In this document: positions 16,994-25,597 of the stretch, one piece after another | Layout of the letters: every line of letters begins with the position of its first letter | How positions within the stretch are numbered: position 1 is the first letter of the stretch | Source: Candidatus Aenigmatarchaeota archaeon | GTDB lineage: Archaea; Aenigmatarchaeota; Aenigmatarchaeia; CG10238-14; SpSt-28 | Length of the DNA stretch: 60,095 nucleotides | Assembly: GCA_049976365.1 (NCBI GenBank) | Contig: JBMFIJ010000001.1 | Location: forward strand, 1-60,095 | Direction of reading: 5' to 3' | Notes under the pieces: model-generated | The model's input: the letters and a program-made list of their open reading frames with translations, nothing else | Databases searched by the model: none | What the model was told of the DNA's origin: nothing | Translations under genes and position numbers: made by a program

Positions 16994-18268
16994 ATGAAAA
17001 AAATTGAAGAAATCTTAAAAGAAGATAGAATTAAGGAAGCTAAAAGATCTTTTCAGAAAGCATATTTTACGTATATAATAAATAGAGAAAAAGCAATGAA
17101 AGACGTAAAAGTTGAAGAGTTAAAAAAAGAGCTGAGAAAAATTAAGGAATATTCAATTGATAATATAGAAAATCTTAAGAGAGAAGCTATTAAAAATTTA
17201 GAAAGAAACGGAATAAAAGTTTATGAAGCTAAGAAAGCAAAAGACGCCGTTAGAATTTTTAAAAAAATTGTTAAAAAAAGAGAAAGAATTGTTAAATCTA
17301 AATCTAATGTGATTCATGAAATTGGTTTAATAGAAAAAATTGAAAATAGGAATGAAGTTATAGAGACTGATTGTGGAGATTTTCTAGTTCAAATTTGTAA
17401 TGAAAAACCTTCGCATCCTGTTACACCGGCTCTTCATATCCCTATTGAAAAAATGGTCAGTATAATAGAAAAAAGATTTAAAGTTAAATTAAAGCCGAAT
17501 GCAAAGGAGATAGCTAAGTGGGTTAGAGAATATTTAAGAGAAAAAATAAGAGAAGCTGATGTTGGTCTGACAGGAGCTAACGTTATTTCTTCTGATGGCT
17601 CTATTTTCATTTTAGAAAATGAAGGAAACATTTCTTTAGTTAGCAGAATACCAAGGAAACATGTTATAATAACCTCAATTGATAAAATTGTTCCCACTAT
17701 TAAAGATGCCATTTTGATTTGTAAAGCCTCTTCTATTTGGGGTACAGGTTCATCTATGCCAGCTTATGTAAATGTTATTTCCTCTCCTTCAAAAACTGCT
17801 GACATTCAAAAAGAAATTGTTTATGGAATGCATGGTGCTGAAGAAGTTTATTTAATTTTATTGGATAATAATAGGTCAGAAATTGCAAAGAGCGAGCTAA
17901 AAGAAATTTTATACTGTATAAATTGTGGTGCATGCTTGTATGTATGTCCAGTTTATAGGCAAATATTTGATTATTATGGGTTTAATTATTTTGGCGGAAG
18001 GGGGGTTGCTTTATCTTCTCTAATTTATGGATTAAAAAAAGGTTATGAAAATGGTTTGTATTATTGCACAACTTGTATGGCATGTAAAGAAATTTGTCCT
18101 TTAAGCATAGATGTACCAAAGCTAATTAGAAAAGTTAGAACTCTTGCTTTGAAGAATGATATAACTACTGAAAGCGTAAGGCAAATGCTAGAAAATATAG
18201 AAGTTTCAGGAAACCCATTCGGCGAGGAAAAAGAAGGTATAATTCCGGATAAACTTTATTGTTGTTAG
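16994..18268 (+). CDS. LutB/HdrC-like protein: LUD domain plus two 4Fe-4S motifs
   Basis: CINCGACLYVCPVY and CTTCMACKEICPLS (two CxxCxxCxxxCP motifs) follow an N-terminal LUD/DUF162-like domain; 424 aa. Confidence 0.65.
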   Translation: MKKIEEILKEDRIKEAKRSFQKAYFTYIINREKAMKDVKVEELKKELRKIKEYSIDNIENLKREAIKNLERNGIKVYEAKKAKDAVRIFKKIVKKRERIVKSKSNVIHEIGLIEKIENRNEVIETDCGDFLVQICNEKPSHPVTPALHIPIEKMVSIIEKRFKVKLKPNAKEIAKWVREYLREKIREADVGLTGANVISSDGSIFILENEGNISLVSRIPRKHVIITSIDKIVPTIKDAILICKASSIWGTGSSMPAYVNVISSPSKTADIQKEIVYGMHGAEEVYLILLDNNRSEIAKSELKEILYCINCGACLYVCPVYRQIFDYYGFNYFGGRGVALSSLIYGLKKGYENGLYYCTTCMACKEICPLSIDVPKLIRKVRTLALKNDITTESVRQMLENIEVSGNPFGEEKEGIIPDKLYCC

Positions 18269-18276
18269 GTGGTTTT

Positions 18277-19566
18277 ATGAGTTTCAAAAAAATATTAATT
18301 CTTCTTTTTGTTTTGAGTTTGTTTATTAATGTTGCTTTAGGAGAAAAAGTATGTGTTTACATTTTTTATGGAGAAGGTTGTCCACATTGTAAAGAAGCTA
18401 GAGAATTTTTAAGTGAGTTAAAAAATAAGTATGAGTTAGAAATTCATGAATTTGAAGTTTATTATAATAAGAGTAATCAAAAATTGTGGGAAGAGGTTTC
18501 AAAAGCTTACAATGTAAAACCAATAGCAGTTCCAGAAATGTTTATCGGAAACAAAGCTTTTGTTGGATTTGCTTATGGTTCTCAAGAAGTTTTTGATAAT
18601 AGTTATAATGCGTGGGTTGGATATAGTGACATAATAGAAAAAACGATTAAGGAGTACTCAGATAAAGGCGTTGCTTGTCCTTCAATTTCAGGCAATTTCT
18701 CTTTGGTTAATTCAAACAATTTTGGCAATCTTTTCATTTACTCATTATTAGCTATCTTACTAATGTTTATTTTCTATCTAGTTTTCAAAAAAGTTAAAAT
18801 AAGAGTTAAAGCACTGATTTTGTTAGTAGCGTTACTATTCTCTTTTTCTCAAGCTTTTGCTTTTGATGCTAATAGTTTACCAACAAATTTACCCTTACCT
18901 TTACTAGGTGTTATTTTAGGATTGCTAGATGGCATTTTCAATCCTTGCGCACTTTCTGTTCTTCTTTTTATGATAGCATATCTTTTGTCTATCAACCTTA
19001 GAAAGAGAATGTTAATAGTTGGCTTTGTCTTTTCAGTCATGATTTTTACAGTTTACTTTTCATTTATGGTTGGAGTTTTCACAGTACTTCAAATACTTCC
19101 ATATATGGAGTTAATTAGAAACGTCGTTGTTCTATTACTAATAATATTTGGAGCAATTGAGATAAAAGATTTCTTCTATTATGGTAAAGGTTTCTCTCTT
19201 TCCATACCTTCTTTTGCTCACAAAAAAATAGAAAAGCTGATTAAAGCAGGAACAATACCTGCTGCTCTTCTTTTAGGATTATTAGTTAGTTTAGTAGAAA
19301 TACCTTGTGCTGGTGCTTTTCCATTTGCTTATACTTTCATACTAGCATCTAAAGGTATTTCAAAAGAGTTATCAATACTGTATATAATTTGGTATAATAT
19401 CTTTTTTGTATTCCCCCTAATTGCACTGACTATTTTCTTCTATTTTAGTTTTAAGAAGATAGAAAAAGCTGAAAAAACTAGAAAAAAACTGAGAAGATAC
19501 ATGAGGCTTGTTGCAGGTTTGATTATGATATTGCTAGCAATATTAATGTACTTAAGGTGGTTATAA
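18277..19566 (+). CDS. Fusion of a secreted glutaredoxin/thioredoxin-like domain (CPHC) with a CcdA/DsbD-type transmembrane thiol-disulfide transporter
   Basis: SD AGGTGG (18267-18272) then ATG 18277; the ORF track starts at TTG 18259. Signal peptide, YGEGCPHCKEA, then a 6-TM core with the paired motifs FNPCALSVLLF and VEIPCAGAFP. Confidence 0.7.
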   Translation: MSFKKILILLFVLSLFINVALGEKVCVYIFYGEGCPHCKEAREFLSELKNKYELEIHEFEVYYNKSNQKLWEEVSKAYNVKPIAVPEMFIGNKAFVGFAYGSQEVFDNSYNAWVGYSDIIEKTIKEYSDKGVACPSISGNFSLVNSNNFGNLFIYSLLAILLMFIFYLVFKKVKIRVKALILLVALLFSFSQAFAFDANSLPTNLPLPLLGVILGLLDGIFNPCALSVLLFMIAYLLSINLRKRMLIVGFVFSVMIFTVYFSFMVGVFTVLQILPYMELIRNVVVLLLIIFGAIEIKDFFYYGKGFSLSIPSFAHKKIEKLIKAGTIPAALLLGLLVSLVEIPCAGAFPFAYTFILASKGISKELSILYIIWYNIFFVFPLIALTIFFYFSFKKIEKAEKTRKKLRRYMRLVAGLIMILLAILMYLRWL

Positions 19567-20310
19567 ATGTCATGGCTTGATAAATTATTAGGAGGAAACA
19601 TTCTTTATTATCCAGGATGCTTAACAAAATTTGTAGCTAAAGATTTGAAGAAAAACTATGAAAAAATTTTGGAATTGTGTGGAATAGAATTTATTGAATT
19701 GTCTGATAAAGAGGTTTGTTGTGGTTCTCCAGCTTTAAATGCAGGAGCTGAAGACACTTTTAAGATGCTTGCAAAAAAGAATTTTAAAGTTTTTAAAGAG
19801 CATGCTATAAAGAAAATTATATTTTCTTGCCCTGCTTGCTTTAAAACATTTTCACAAGATTATAGGGAATTGTTTGGAGAGGAATGGAAAATAGAATGCG
19901 AATATATTTTGATAACAATTATGAGGGCATTAAAAGAGGGTAAGATAAAAATTAAAAGAAAATTTAAGGAAAGAGTGACTTTTCACGATCCATGCTATTT
20001 AGCTAGATATTCAGAAATAATTAATGAACCTAGAGAAATTCTAAAAATGCTAGGCTTTAAAATAGTGGAAATGGAATTTTATGGCAAGAACACTTTTTGT
20101 TGTGGTGGTGGAGGAGGACTACAATCTAATTATCAAGCTCTGGCTAATGAAATAGCTGAAGAAAGAATAAGTCAAGCTAAAAAAATAAAAGTTAAAACAA
20201 TTATAACATCTTGCCCTTTATGTTATTTACACTTGAAAAGAAATTCTAAAGGAATAAAAGTCATGGAGATTTCTGATATAATTATTAGTGCTATTGAAGA
20301 AAAGAAATAA
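19567..20310 (+). CDS. LutA/HdrB-like (Fe-S) protein with two CCG domains
   Basis: EVCCGSPA...SCPAC and TFCCGGGGG...SCPLC, the two CX(n)CCGX(m)CXXC cysteine-rich domains; 247 aa. It starts one nt after the upstream stop. Confidence 0.7.
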   Translation: MSWLDKLLGGNILYYPGCLTKFVAKDLKKNYEKILELCGIEFIELSDKEVCCGSPALNAGAEDTFKMLAKKNFKVFKEHAIKKIIFSCPACFKTFSQDYRELFGEEWKIECEYILITIMRALKEGKIKIKRKFKERVTFHDPCYLARYSEIINEPREILKMLGFKIVEMEFYGKNTFCCGGGGGLQSNYQALANEIAEERISQAKKIKVKTIITSCPLCYLHLKRNSKGIKVMEISDIIISAIEEKK

Positions 20311-20318
20311 GTAGATAG

Positions 20319-20582
20319 TTAAATTTTAATTTTCTTTATAATTTTTAGCAATGATTCTCCTCTTCTTGTCAAGCTGTATATTTTTCTTTTATGAAAAGCT
20401 CTCTTTTTTATAACATTCTCTTTCAAAAGAATCTTTATAGAATAAGTTAAAGAAGGAGAACAAACTTTACATTCCTTCTTAATTTTATTAAATGATTTCT
20501 CTCCTTTTGATAGGCATAACATTACTTCTAAGTTTGTTTTATTTCCTAGTATTTTTGAAATTTTTTTGGTATCGAGCTTCAT
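20319..20582 (-). CDS. ArsR/HxlR-like small winged-helix regulator with CxxC
   Basis: 87 aa; NLEVMLCLSKGEKSFNKIKKECKVCSPSLTYSIKILLKENVIKK. Confidence 0.55.
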   Translation of the reverse strand: MKLDTKKISKILGNKTNLEVMLCLSKGEKSFNKIKKECKVCSPSLTYSIKILLKENVIKKRAFHKRKIYSLTRRGESLLKIIKKIKI

Positions 20583-20628
20583 AATAAATATTTATATTAA
20601 TAATTATGAAAAGTATAAAAATTATACT

Positions 20629-21057
20629 ATGAGCGAGGATAAGGAATTAGAAAAAATTAGAAGGAAAAAGTTGAATGAACTAATGAAAAGATATGGTTTA
20701 GAGAGCTCTTCAAAAAAAATACCAAGTATAATAGAGGTAAATGATAGTAATTTTAGAGAAAATGTAATAGAGTTGTCAAAAAAAATACCAGTATTAGTTG
20801 ATTTCTATGCAGATTGGTGTTACCCTTGTAAAATTTTATCACCAGTTTTAGAGAAAATTGTTAAAGAAAATAGCGGAAAAATTGTTTTAGCTAAAATTAA
20901 TGTTGATAAATCTCCAATTACAGCAGGTGAATTTGGTATAATGAGTGTACCTACAGTAATTCTTTTTAAAGATGGTGAAGCAATAGATAGATTTGTCGGA
21001 GCATTACCGGAACCATACATAAAAGAGTGGCTAAAAGAGGAGGTTATGATTGTATGA
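20629..21057 (+). CDS. trxA: Thioredoxin (WCYPC active site)
   Basis: VLVDFYADWCYPCKILSPVLEKI...VPTVILFKDGE. ATG 20629 is preferred over the upstream alternative start at 20566. Confidence 0.85.
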   Translation: MSEDKELEKIRRKKLNELMKRYGLESSSKKIPSIIEVNDSNFRENVIELSKKIPVLVDFYADWCYPCKILSPVLEKIVKENSGKIVLAKINVDKSPITAGEFGIMSVPTVILFKDGEAIDRFVGALPEPYIKEWLKEEVMIV

Positions 21058-22010
21058 ACGAAATGTATGATGTAATAATAGTTGGAGGAGGGGCAGCAGG
21101 ATTAACTGCTGCAATTTATGCAGCGAGAAGACTGTTGAAAACACTTATAATAACTTTAGATATAGGAGGGCAAGCATTGCTAACGGATCAAATAGAAAAT
21201 TATCCTGGTTATTTAGGAAAAAGTGGAATAAAGCTTATGAAAATATTTGAGGAACAAGCAAGGAGTTTTGGTGCAGAAATTTTAATAGGTTATGTTACAA
21301 AAATAGAAAAAGTAGATGATCATTTTAAAGTTATAAGTAATGTTGGAGAATATGAAACAAAAGCAGTTATAATTGCGGCAGGAAAAGTTCCAAGGAAACT
21401 GAATGTTCCAGGAGAAGATAAGTTTTTAGGAAGAGGAGTTAGTACATGTGTAACTTGTGATGCACCATTTGCAAAAAATAAAATAGTTGCTGTAGTAGGC
21501 GGGGGAAACTCCGCTTTAGAAGGAGCAGAAGTTTTGTCTAAATTTGCAACTAAAGTCTATTTAATTCATAGGAGAGATGAGTTTAGGGCAGATGAAATAA
21601 CTGTAGAAAAAGTTAAAAAGTTATCAAATGTTGAATTTGTTTTAAACACAATTGTTACAGAAATAAAAGGCGATAAAAAATTAGAGAGCATCATTATAAA
21701 GAATGTAAAGAGCGGAGAAGAAAGAGAACTTAAGGTTGATATGGTATTTCTAGAAATTGGTCATGAGACTAAAATAGATTTTGTAAAACATTTAGTAAAA
21801 GTAGATGAATATAATCAAATTATAACCAATAAATTAGCTGAAACAAGTTGCGAAGGAATTTTTGCTGCGGGTGATGTTACGGATTCTCCTTACAAGCAAC
21901 TAGTAATAGCTGCAGCAGAAGGAGCAATAGCGGCCTTATCAGCTTATAATTATATAGCAAAAAAAGAGGGAAAGACTGGAATTAAAGTTGACTGGAAAGG
22001 AGGTGGTTAA
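21054..22010 (+). CDS. trxB: Thioredoxin reductase
   Basis: YDVIIVGGGAAGLTAAIYAAR (FAD), CVTCDA redox centre, VVGGGNSALEGA and HRRDEFRA (NADPH), GDVTD. ATGA overlap with the trx stop. Confidence 0.9.
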   Translation: MNEMYDVIIVGGGAAGLTAAIYAARRLLKTLIITLDIGGQALLTDQIENYPGYLGKSGIKLMKIFEEQARSFGAEILIGYVTKIEKVDDHFKVISNVGEYETKAVIIAAGKVPRKLNVPGEDKFLGRGVSTCVTCDAPFAKNKIVAVVGGGNSALEGAEVLSKFATKVYLIHRRDEFRADEITVEKVKKLSNVEFVLNTIVTEIKGDKKLESIIIKNVKSGEERELKVDMVFLEIGHETKIDFVKHLVKVDEYNQIITNKLAETSCEGIFAAGDVTDSPYKQLVIAAAEGAIAALSAYNYIAKKEGKTGIKVDWKGGG

Positions 22011-23112
22011 AATTATAGAAAAATTTATGGATGAATTTGGTCCTGAAAAAATAATAGAGGTTTACGATCCAAGAGTTAAACTTCATGGCTTTGTTGTTAT
22101 TGATAATACTGTAAGAGGGCCAGGAAAAGGAGGAATAAGAATGACCCCAACAGTTACAATTGAAGAAGTTTTTAGATTAGCAAGAACAATGACTTGGAAG
22201 ACTGCTTTAGCGGACTTACCATTTGGAGGAGCAAAATCGGGAATTGTAGCAAAGGAAGAAGAAATTAAGAACAAGGAAAGAAAAAGAGAGCTTATGATTG
22301 CATTTGGAAGAGCTTTGAAAAATATTGCTCCAAAGATTTACATAGCAGCACCGGATATAAATACTGGGGAAGAAGAAATGAGATGGTTTGTTGAAGGTAA
22401 TGGTAATCCAAAATCTACTACAGGAAAACCTAAAGATTTAGGTGGTTTACCACACGAGCTAGGAAGTACAGGTTTTGGAGTTTATCATGCTACTTTAGTA
22501 GCAGCTAAATTTATGAAAATGGATATAAAGAATTCAACAATAGCAATAGAAGGCTTCGGAAACGTTGGTAATTTTGCAGCAAAGTTTTTGTATAAAGAGG
22601 GAGCAAAGATAGTTGCCATTAGTGATAGTAAAGGAGTTATTTATAACAAAGATGGAATAGATATAGAAAAATTATTAGAAGTTAAAAAACAAACGGGAAG
22701 TGTAATTAATTATAAACCAGGAGAAGTTTTACAAAATGAAAAGATTTTTGAGTTAGATGTAGATATTTTAATACCTGCAGCGATGCCAGATGTTATAAAT
22801 GAAAAAAATGTTGACAAAATTAAAGCAAAAATTATAGTAGAAGCTTCTAATATTCCAGCAAAACCAGAAATAGAGGATAAATTACATAATAGAGGAATTT
22901 TAGTTGTTCCTGATTTTGTTGCAAATGCAGGTGGAGTAATATCAAGTTATGCAGAATATAGAGGATATGATGAACAAAGAGCATTTTCTCTAATAGAGAA
23001 GAAAATTGTTAAAAACACAAAGCTAGTACTAAAAAGAGCGAAAAAAATGAATGTAAAGCCAAGAGATGCAGCAATGGAAATAGCCAAGGAAAGAGTTTTG
23101 AAAAAGATTTAA
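21988..23112 (+). CDS. Glu/Leu/Phe/Val dehydrogenase family protein (short, GDH-like active site); start uncertain (TTG 21988 or ATG 22027)
   Basis: GPGKGGIRM catalytic Lys motif, GFGNVG NAD(P) fold, PDFVANAGGV; 374 aa. Confidence 0.8.
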   Translation: MTGKEVVKIIEKFMDEFGPEKIIEVYDPRVKLHGFVVIDNTVRGPGKGGIRMTPTVTIEEVFRLARTMTWKTALADLPFGGAKSGIVAKEEEIKNKERKRELMIAFGRALKNIAPKIYIAAPDINTGEEEMRWFVEGNGNPKSTTGKPKDLGGLPHELGSTGFGVYHATLVAAKFMKMDIKNSTIAIEGFGNVGNFAAKFLYKEGAKIVAISDSKGVIYNKDGIDIEKLLEVKKQTGSVINYKPGEVLQNEKIFELDVDILIPAAMPDVINEKNVDKIKAKIIVEASNIPAKPEIEDKLHNRGILVVPDFVANAGGVISSYAEYRGYDEQRAFSLIEKKIVKNTKLVLKRAKKMNVKPRDAAMEIAKERVLKKI

Positions 23113-23133
23113 ATTATCTTTTTTTATTTTTTT

Positions 23134-23823
23134 ATGAGAGTTTATGTATTTTCGTTTCTTCCGACAAAAAAAATAAAAAAGATGCTTCTCAAAAATGGGT
23201 TTACAGTTTCAAGCTTCAAGCCAGATATTATCGTTAGTTATGGTGGAGATGGAACGTTTTTAACTGCAGAAAGAAGCTATCCATCAATACCAAAGCTTAT
23301 AGTAAAAAAAGAAAAAAAAGTAAAAGATTTTGAAATCCTAGAGGCAGAATTGGCAAAATACTTACCAAAACTGAAGAATGGTTTATTCAAGATTGTTGAA
23401 TTTGATAAAGTAGAAGCGATATTCAAAAACAAAAGATTAGTAGGTATTAATGAAGTTCAGATAAGGAACAAATTACCTATAGAAGCCTTAAGATTTAATG
23501 TTTCAATTAATGAAAAAAAGTTTGAAAATGTAATTGCAGATGGAATGATAGTTGCTACGCTATTTGGCTCTACCGGATATTATTCTTCAGCTGGTGGAAA
23601 GAAATTTAAAAGAGGATTAGGTTTGTGCTTTAACAACCCTCATAATATAAAAATAAAAAGTATCATTCTTAATGGAAATGAAGAAATTAAAGTTAAAATA
23701 TTGAGAGGCATGGCATACTTAGCTAGCGATAATAATCCTATGCTGTTAAATTTAAAGGAAGGAGATGAAGTTTTGATTAGAAAGAGTGAAGAAAAAGCTA
23801 AAATAATAAAATTTAGATCATAA
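23134..23823 (+). CDS. nadK: NAD kinase
   Basis: IIVSYGGDGTFLTA (GGDG motif), GMIVATLFGSTGYYSSAGG; 229 aa. Confidence 0.75.
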   Translation: MRVYVFSFLPTKKIKKMLLKNGFTVSSFKPDIIVSYGGDGTFLTAERSYPSIPKLIVKKEKKVKDFEILEAELAKYLPKLKNGLFKIVEFDKVEAIFKNKRLVGINEVQIRNKLPIEALRFNVSINEKKFENVIADGMIVATLFGSTGYYSSAGGKKFKRGLGLCFNNPHNIKIKSIILNGNEEIKVKILRGMAYLASDNNPMLLNLKEGDEVLIRKSEEKAKIIKFRS

Positions 23824-23969
23824 ATGACTTTAGTCTTATGACATTTCCTTTTCTCCTTTCAAAACCTTTTTTAAGCTTTCTGTATTTTTTCTTCTTCATT
23901 TCAGGCTCATAAGAGTAGATATCCATTATCTTTCTTAAATTTTTGATATTTATATATAGAAAGCAATAT

Positions 23970-24647
23970 ATGCAGATGCTAATAGATGAAGAATCAAGAA
24001 GAGTTTTAGAAGAAAAATTTGAGAAGGAAATGAAAAGAAATGTGGAGATTTATTATTTTGTAGAAAAGCATGAACATTCTCATGATGAACATTCTCATCA
24101 TGAACATATACACTTAGATGAGATAGTTGATCAGTTTTTGCAAGAGTTATCCGAACTTTCAAAAGGAAAGATAGAAATTAAAAAATTTGGATTAAATTCT
24201 AAAGAAGCCAAGGAATTTAGCGTAGATAGAAATTTAACAATACTTATCGATCCCAGAAACGGATACAGGATATTTTATATTGGCTCTCCTTTAGGCGAGG
24301 AAGCTTGGGCTTTTATAGATACAATAGTTCAAGTTTCGAAAGATGAAAGTAATATTTCAAAAAGATCTAAAGAAAAACTTAAAGATTTGAATAAAAACGT
24401 AGAAATTCAAGTTTTTGTAACTCCTCAATGTCCTTATTGTCCATATCAAGTACTTCTAGTTAACAACATAGCTATAGAAAAGAAAGGATTAGTTCATGCT
24501 AAATGTATAGAGTCGTTGGAAAATCCTGATCTTGCTGATAAATTTAATGTTCAAGCAGTACCCCACACTGTTATAAATGAAAAGCAAGAACTAATAGGTG
24601 TTCAACCAGAAGACAGAATGGTAGAAGCTATACTTAAAGAGGGATGA
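23970..24647 (+). CDS. Protein disulfide oxidoreductase (PfPDO-like, two thioredoxin-fold units) with a His-rich segment replacing the first CXXC
   Basis: The C-unit VFVTPQCPYCPYQV...VQAVPHTVIN is intact. In the N-unit, the position aligned to PfPDO DHCQYCDQLKQLVQELSEL reads KHEHSHDEHSHHEHIHLDEIVDQFLQELSEL. Confidence 0.7.
   Translation: MQMLIDEESRRVLEEKFEKEMKRNVEIYYFVEKHEHSHDEHSHHEHIHLDEIVDQFLQELSELSKGKIEIKKFGLNSKEAKEFSVDRNLTILIDPRNGYRIFYIGSPLGEEAWAFIDTIVQVSKDESNISKRSKEKLKDLNKNVEIQVFVTPQCPYCPYQVLLVNNIAIEKKGLVHAKCIESLENPDLADKFNVQAVPHTVINEKQELIGVQPEDRMVEAILKEG
24069..24113 (+). repeat. Imperfect 15-nt tandem repeat encoding HEHSH-DEHSH-HEH
   Basis: catgaacattctcat gatgaacattctcat catgaacat, read directly. 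Confidence 0.8.
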
Positions 24648-24925
24648 AAATTAACTTACTTATGCTTTTTCTTTCTACTATTGATATAACAGCAAGCATA
24701 TCCGTATTTCTTAATATAAACTTTTTCTTGCTTTTCCTACTGCTGCTTACTAAAGGAATTTGGAGTTTGATATTAGGCTCTTTAACTAAAGACCTTTTTA
24801 CAATTACCTTGTCTCTGATTGATATTTCTACATCTCTAGTAGGAATATTTTCCATCTATCAGTTTAAAATAATTGCAACCTTATGTTTTATAAAGGGTAT
24901 TTATTCTTTACTATTTTCCTTCTAG
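24644..24925 (+). CDS. Small membrane protein (3 TM)
   Basis: 93 aa and hydrophobic; ATGA overlap with the PDO stop suggests coupling. Confidence 0.4.
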   Translation: MKINLLMLFLSTIDITASISVFLNINFFLLFLLLLTKGIWSLILGSLTKDLFTITLSLIDISTSLVGIFSIYQFKIIATLCFIKGIYSLLFSF

Positions 24926-24961
24926 AGTTTGAGAAATTCAAAATAGTTTATAATAAAAAAA

Positions 24962-25354
24962 CTACTTTAAAGGCTTTAACGTTTTTATATTTAGTATTTC
25001 ATAGTATTCGACTTCGCTCCCTTCTTTTATTTCCTCTTTTCTTTCTTCAGGAATTTCTAACTGCAATTCTTCAAAAGTTTGAGAATCCATTAAATGAGCA
25101 ACATTTCCTTCTATTGCCAAAACTTGAGCTTTCTTTTTTTGAAGAATCGGTACTTCGACTTCTTCATCAGATGGTTTAACTATACTTCTCCTAGTTCCAT
25201 CTAATAAACCAATAGCGTCCACCCTTGTTTTAGCAGCTCCATGTTTTCCGCTAGTTGATGTCGTCACTTTTTCAACTTTACATGGGGCGCCATCAATTAT
25301 TATGTAATTACCTGGTTTAAGGTTTTTAATTACTTGTGTAGTTTTTTCTACCAT
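24962..25354 (-). CDS. eif5a: Translation initiation factor 5A (aIF5A)
   Basis: Hypusine loop TSTSGKHGAAKTRV; 130 aa. Confidence 0.9.
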   Translation of the reverse strand: MVEKTTQVIKNLKPGNYIIIDGAPCKVEKVTTSTSGKHGAAKTRVDAIGLLDGTRRSIVKPSDEEVEVPILQKKKAQVLAIEGNVAHLMDSQTFEELQLEIPEERKEEIKEGSEVEYYEILNIKTLKPLK

Positions 25355-25359
25355 TTAAT

Positions 25360-25566
25360 TCACCTCGAAGCTAATTCAATATCTTCTTTTTTTACAGTTA
25401 ACCTTTTTGCATGATTTGCTAATTCTATAGCTCTTTTACTAATTTTTTCGCTTAAATCTATCATTGCTTTCTCTATTTCTATCAATGCTTCTTTTGAAAC
25501 TCTTTTTACATTATTAGCCTTAGCAAGCTTTAACAATGTGTTTTTTCTAAATTTTATGTCGTTCAT
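25360..25566 (-). CDS. Archaeal histone (HMf family)
   Basis: 68 aa histone fold: RVSKEALIEIEKAMIDLSEKISKRAIELANHAKRLTVKKEDIELA. Confidence 0.8.
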   Translation of the reverse strand: MNDIKFRKNTLLKLAKANNVKRVSKEALIEIEKAMIDLSEKISKRAIELANHAKRLTVKKEDIELASR

Positions 25567-25597
25567 TTATATTAATGTTGCTCAGAAATATAAATTT

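Noticed and set aside
23814-23927. A reverse-strand 37-aa basic ORF (MDIYSYEPEMKKKKYRKLKKGFERRKGNVIRLKSFMI) in the nadK/PDO gap.
   Set aside because: It overlaps the nadK 3' end and matches no ribosomal or small-protein family I can name. In such AT-rich DNA it may be a chance ORF.
24883-25179. A 98-aa plus-strand ORF.
   Set aside because: It overlaps the aIF5A gene on the opposite strand and has no recognisable features.
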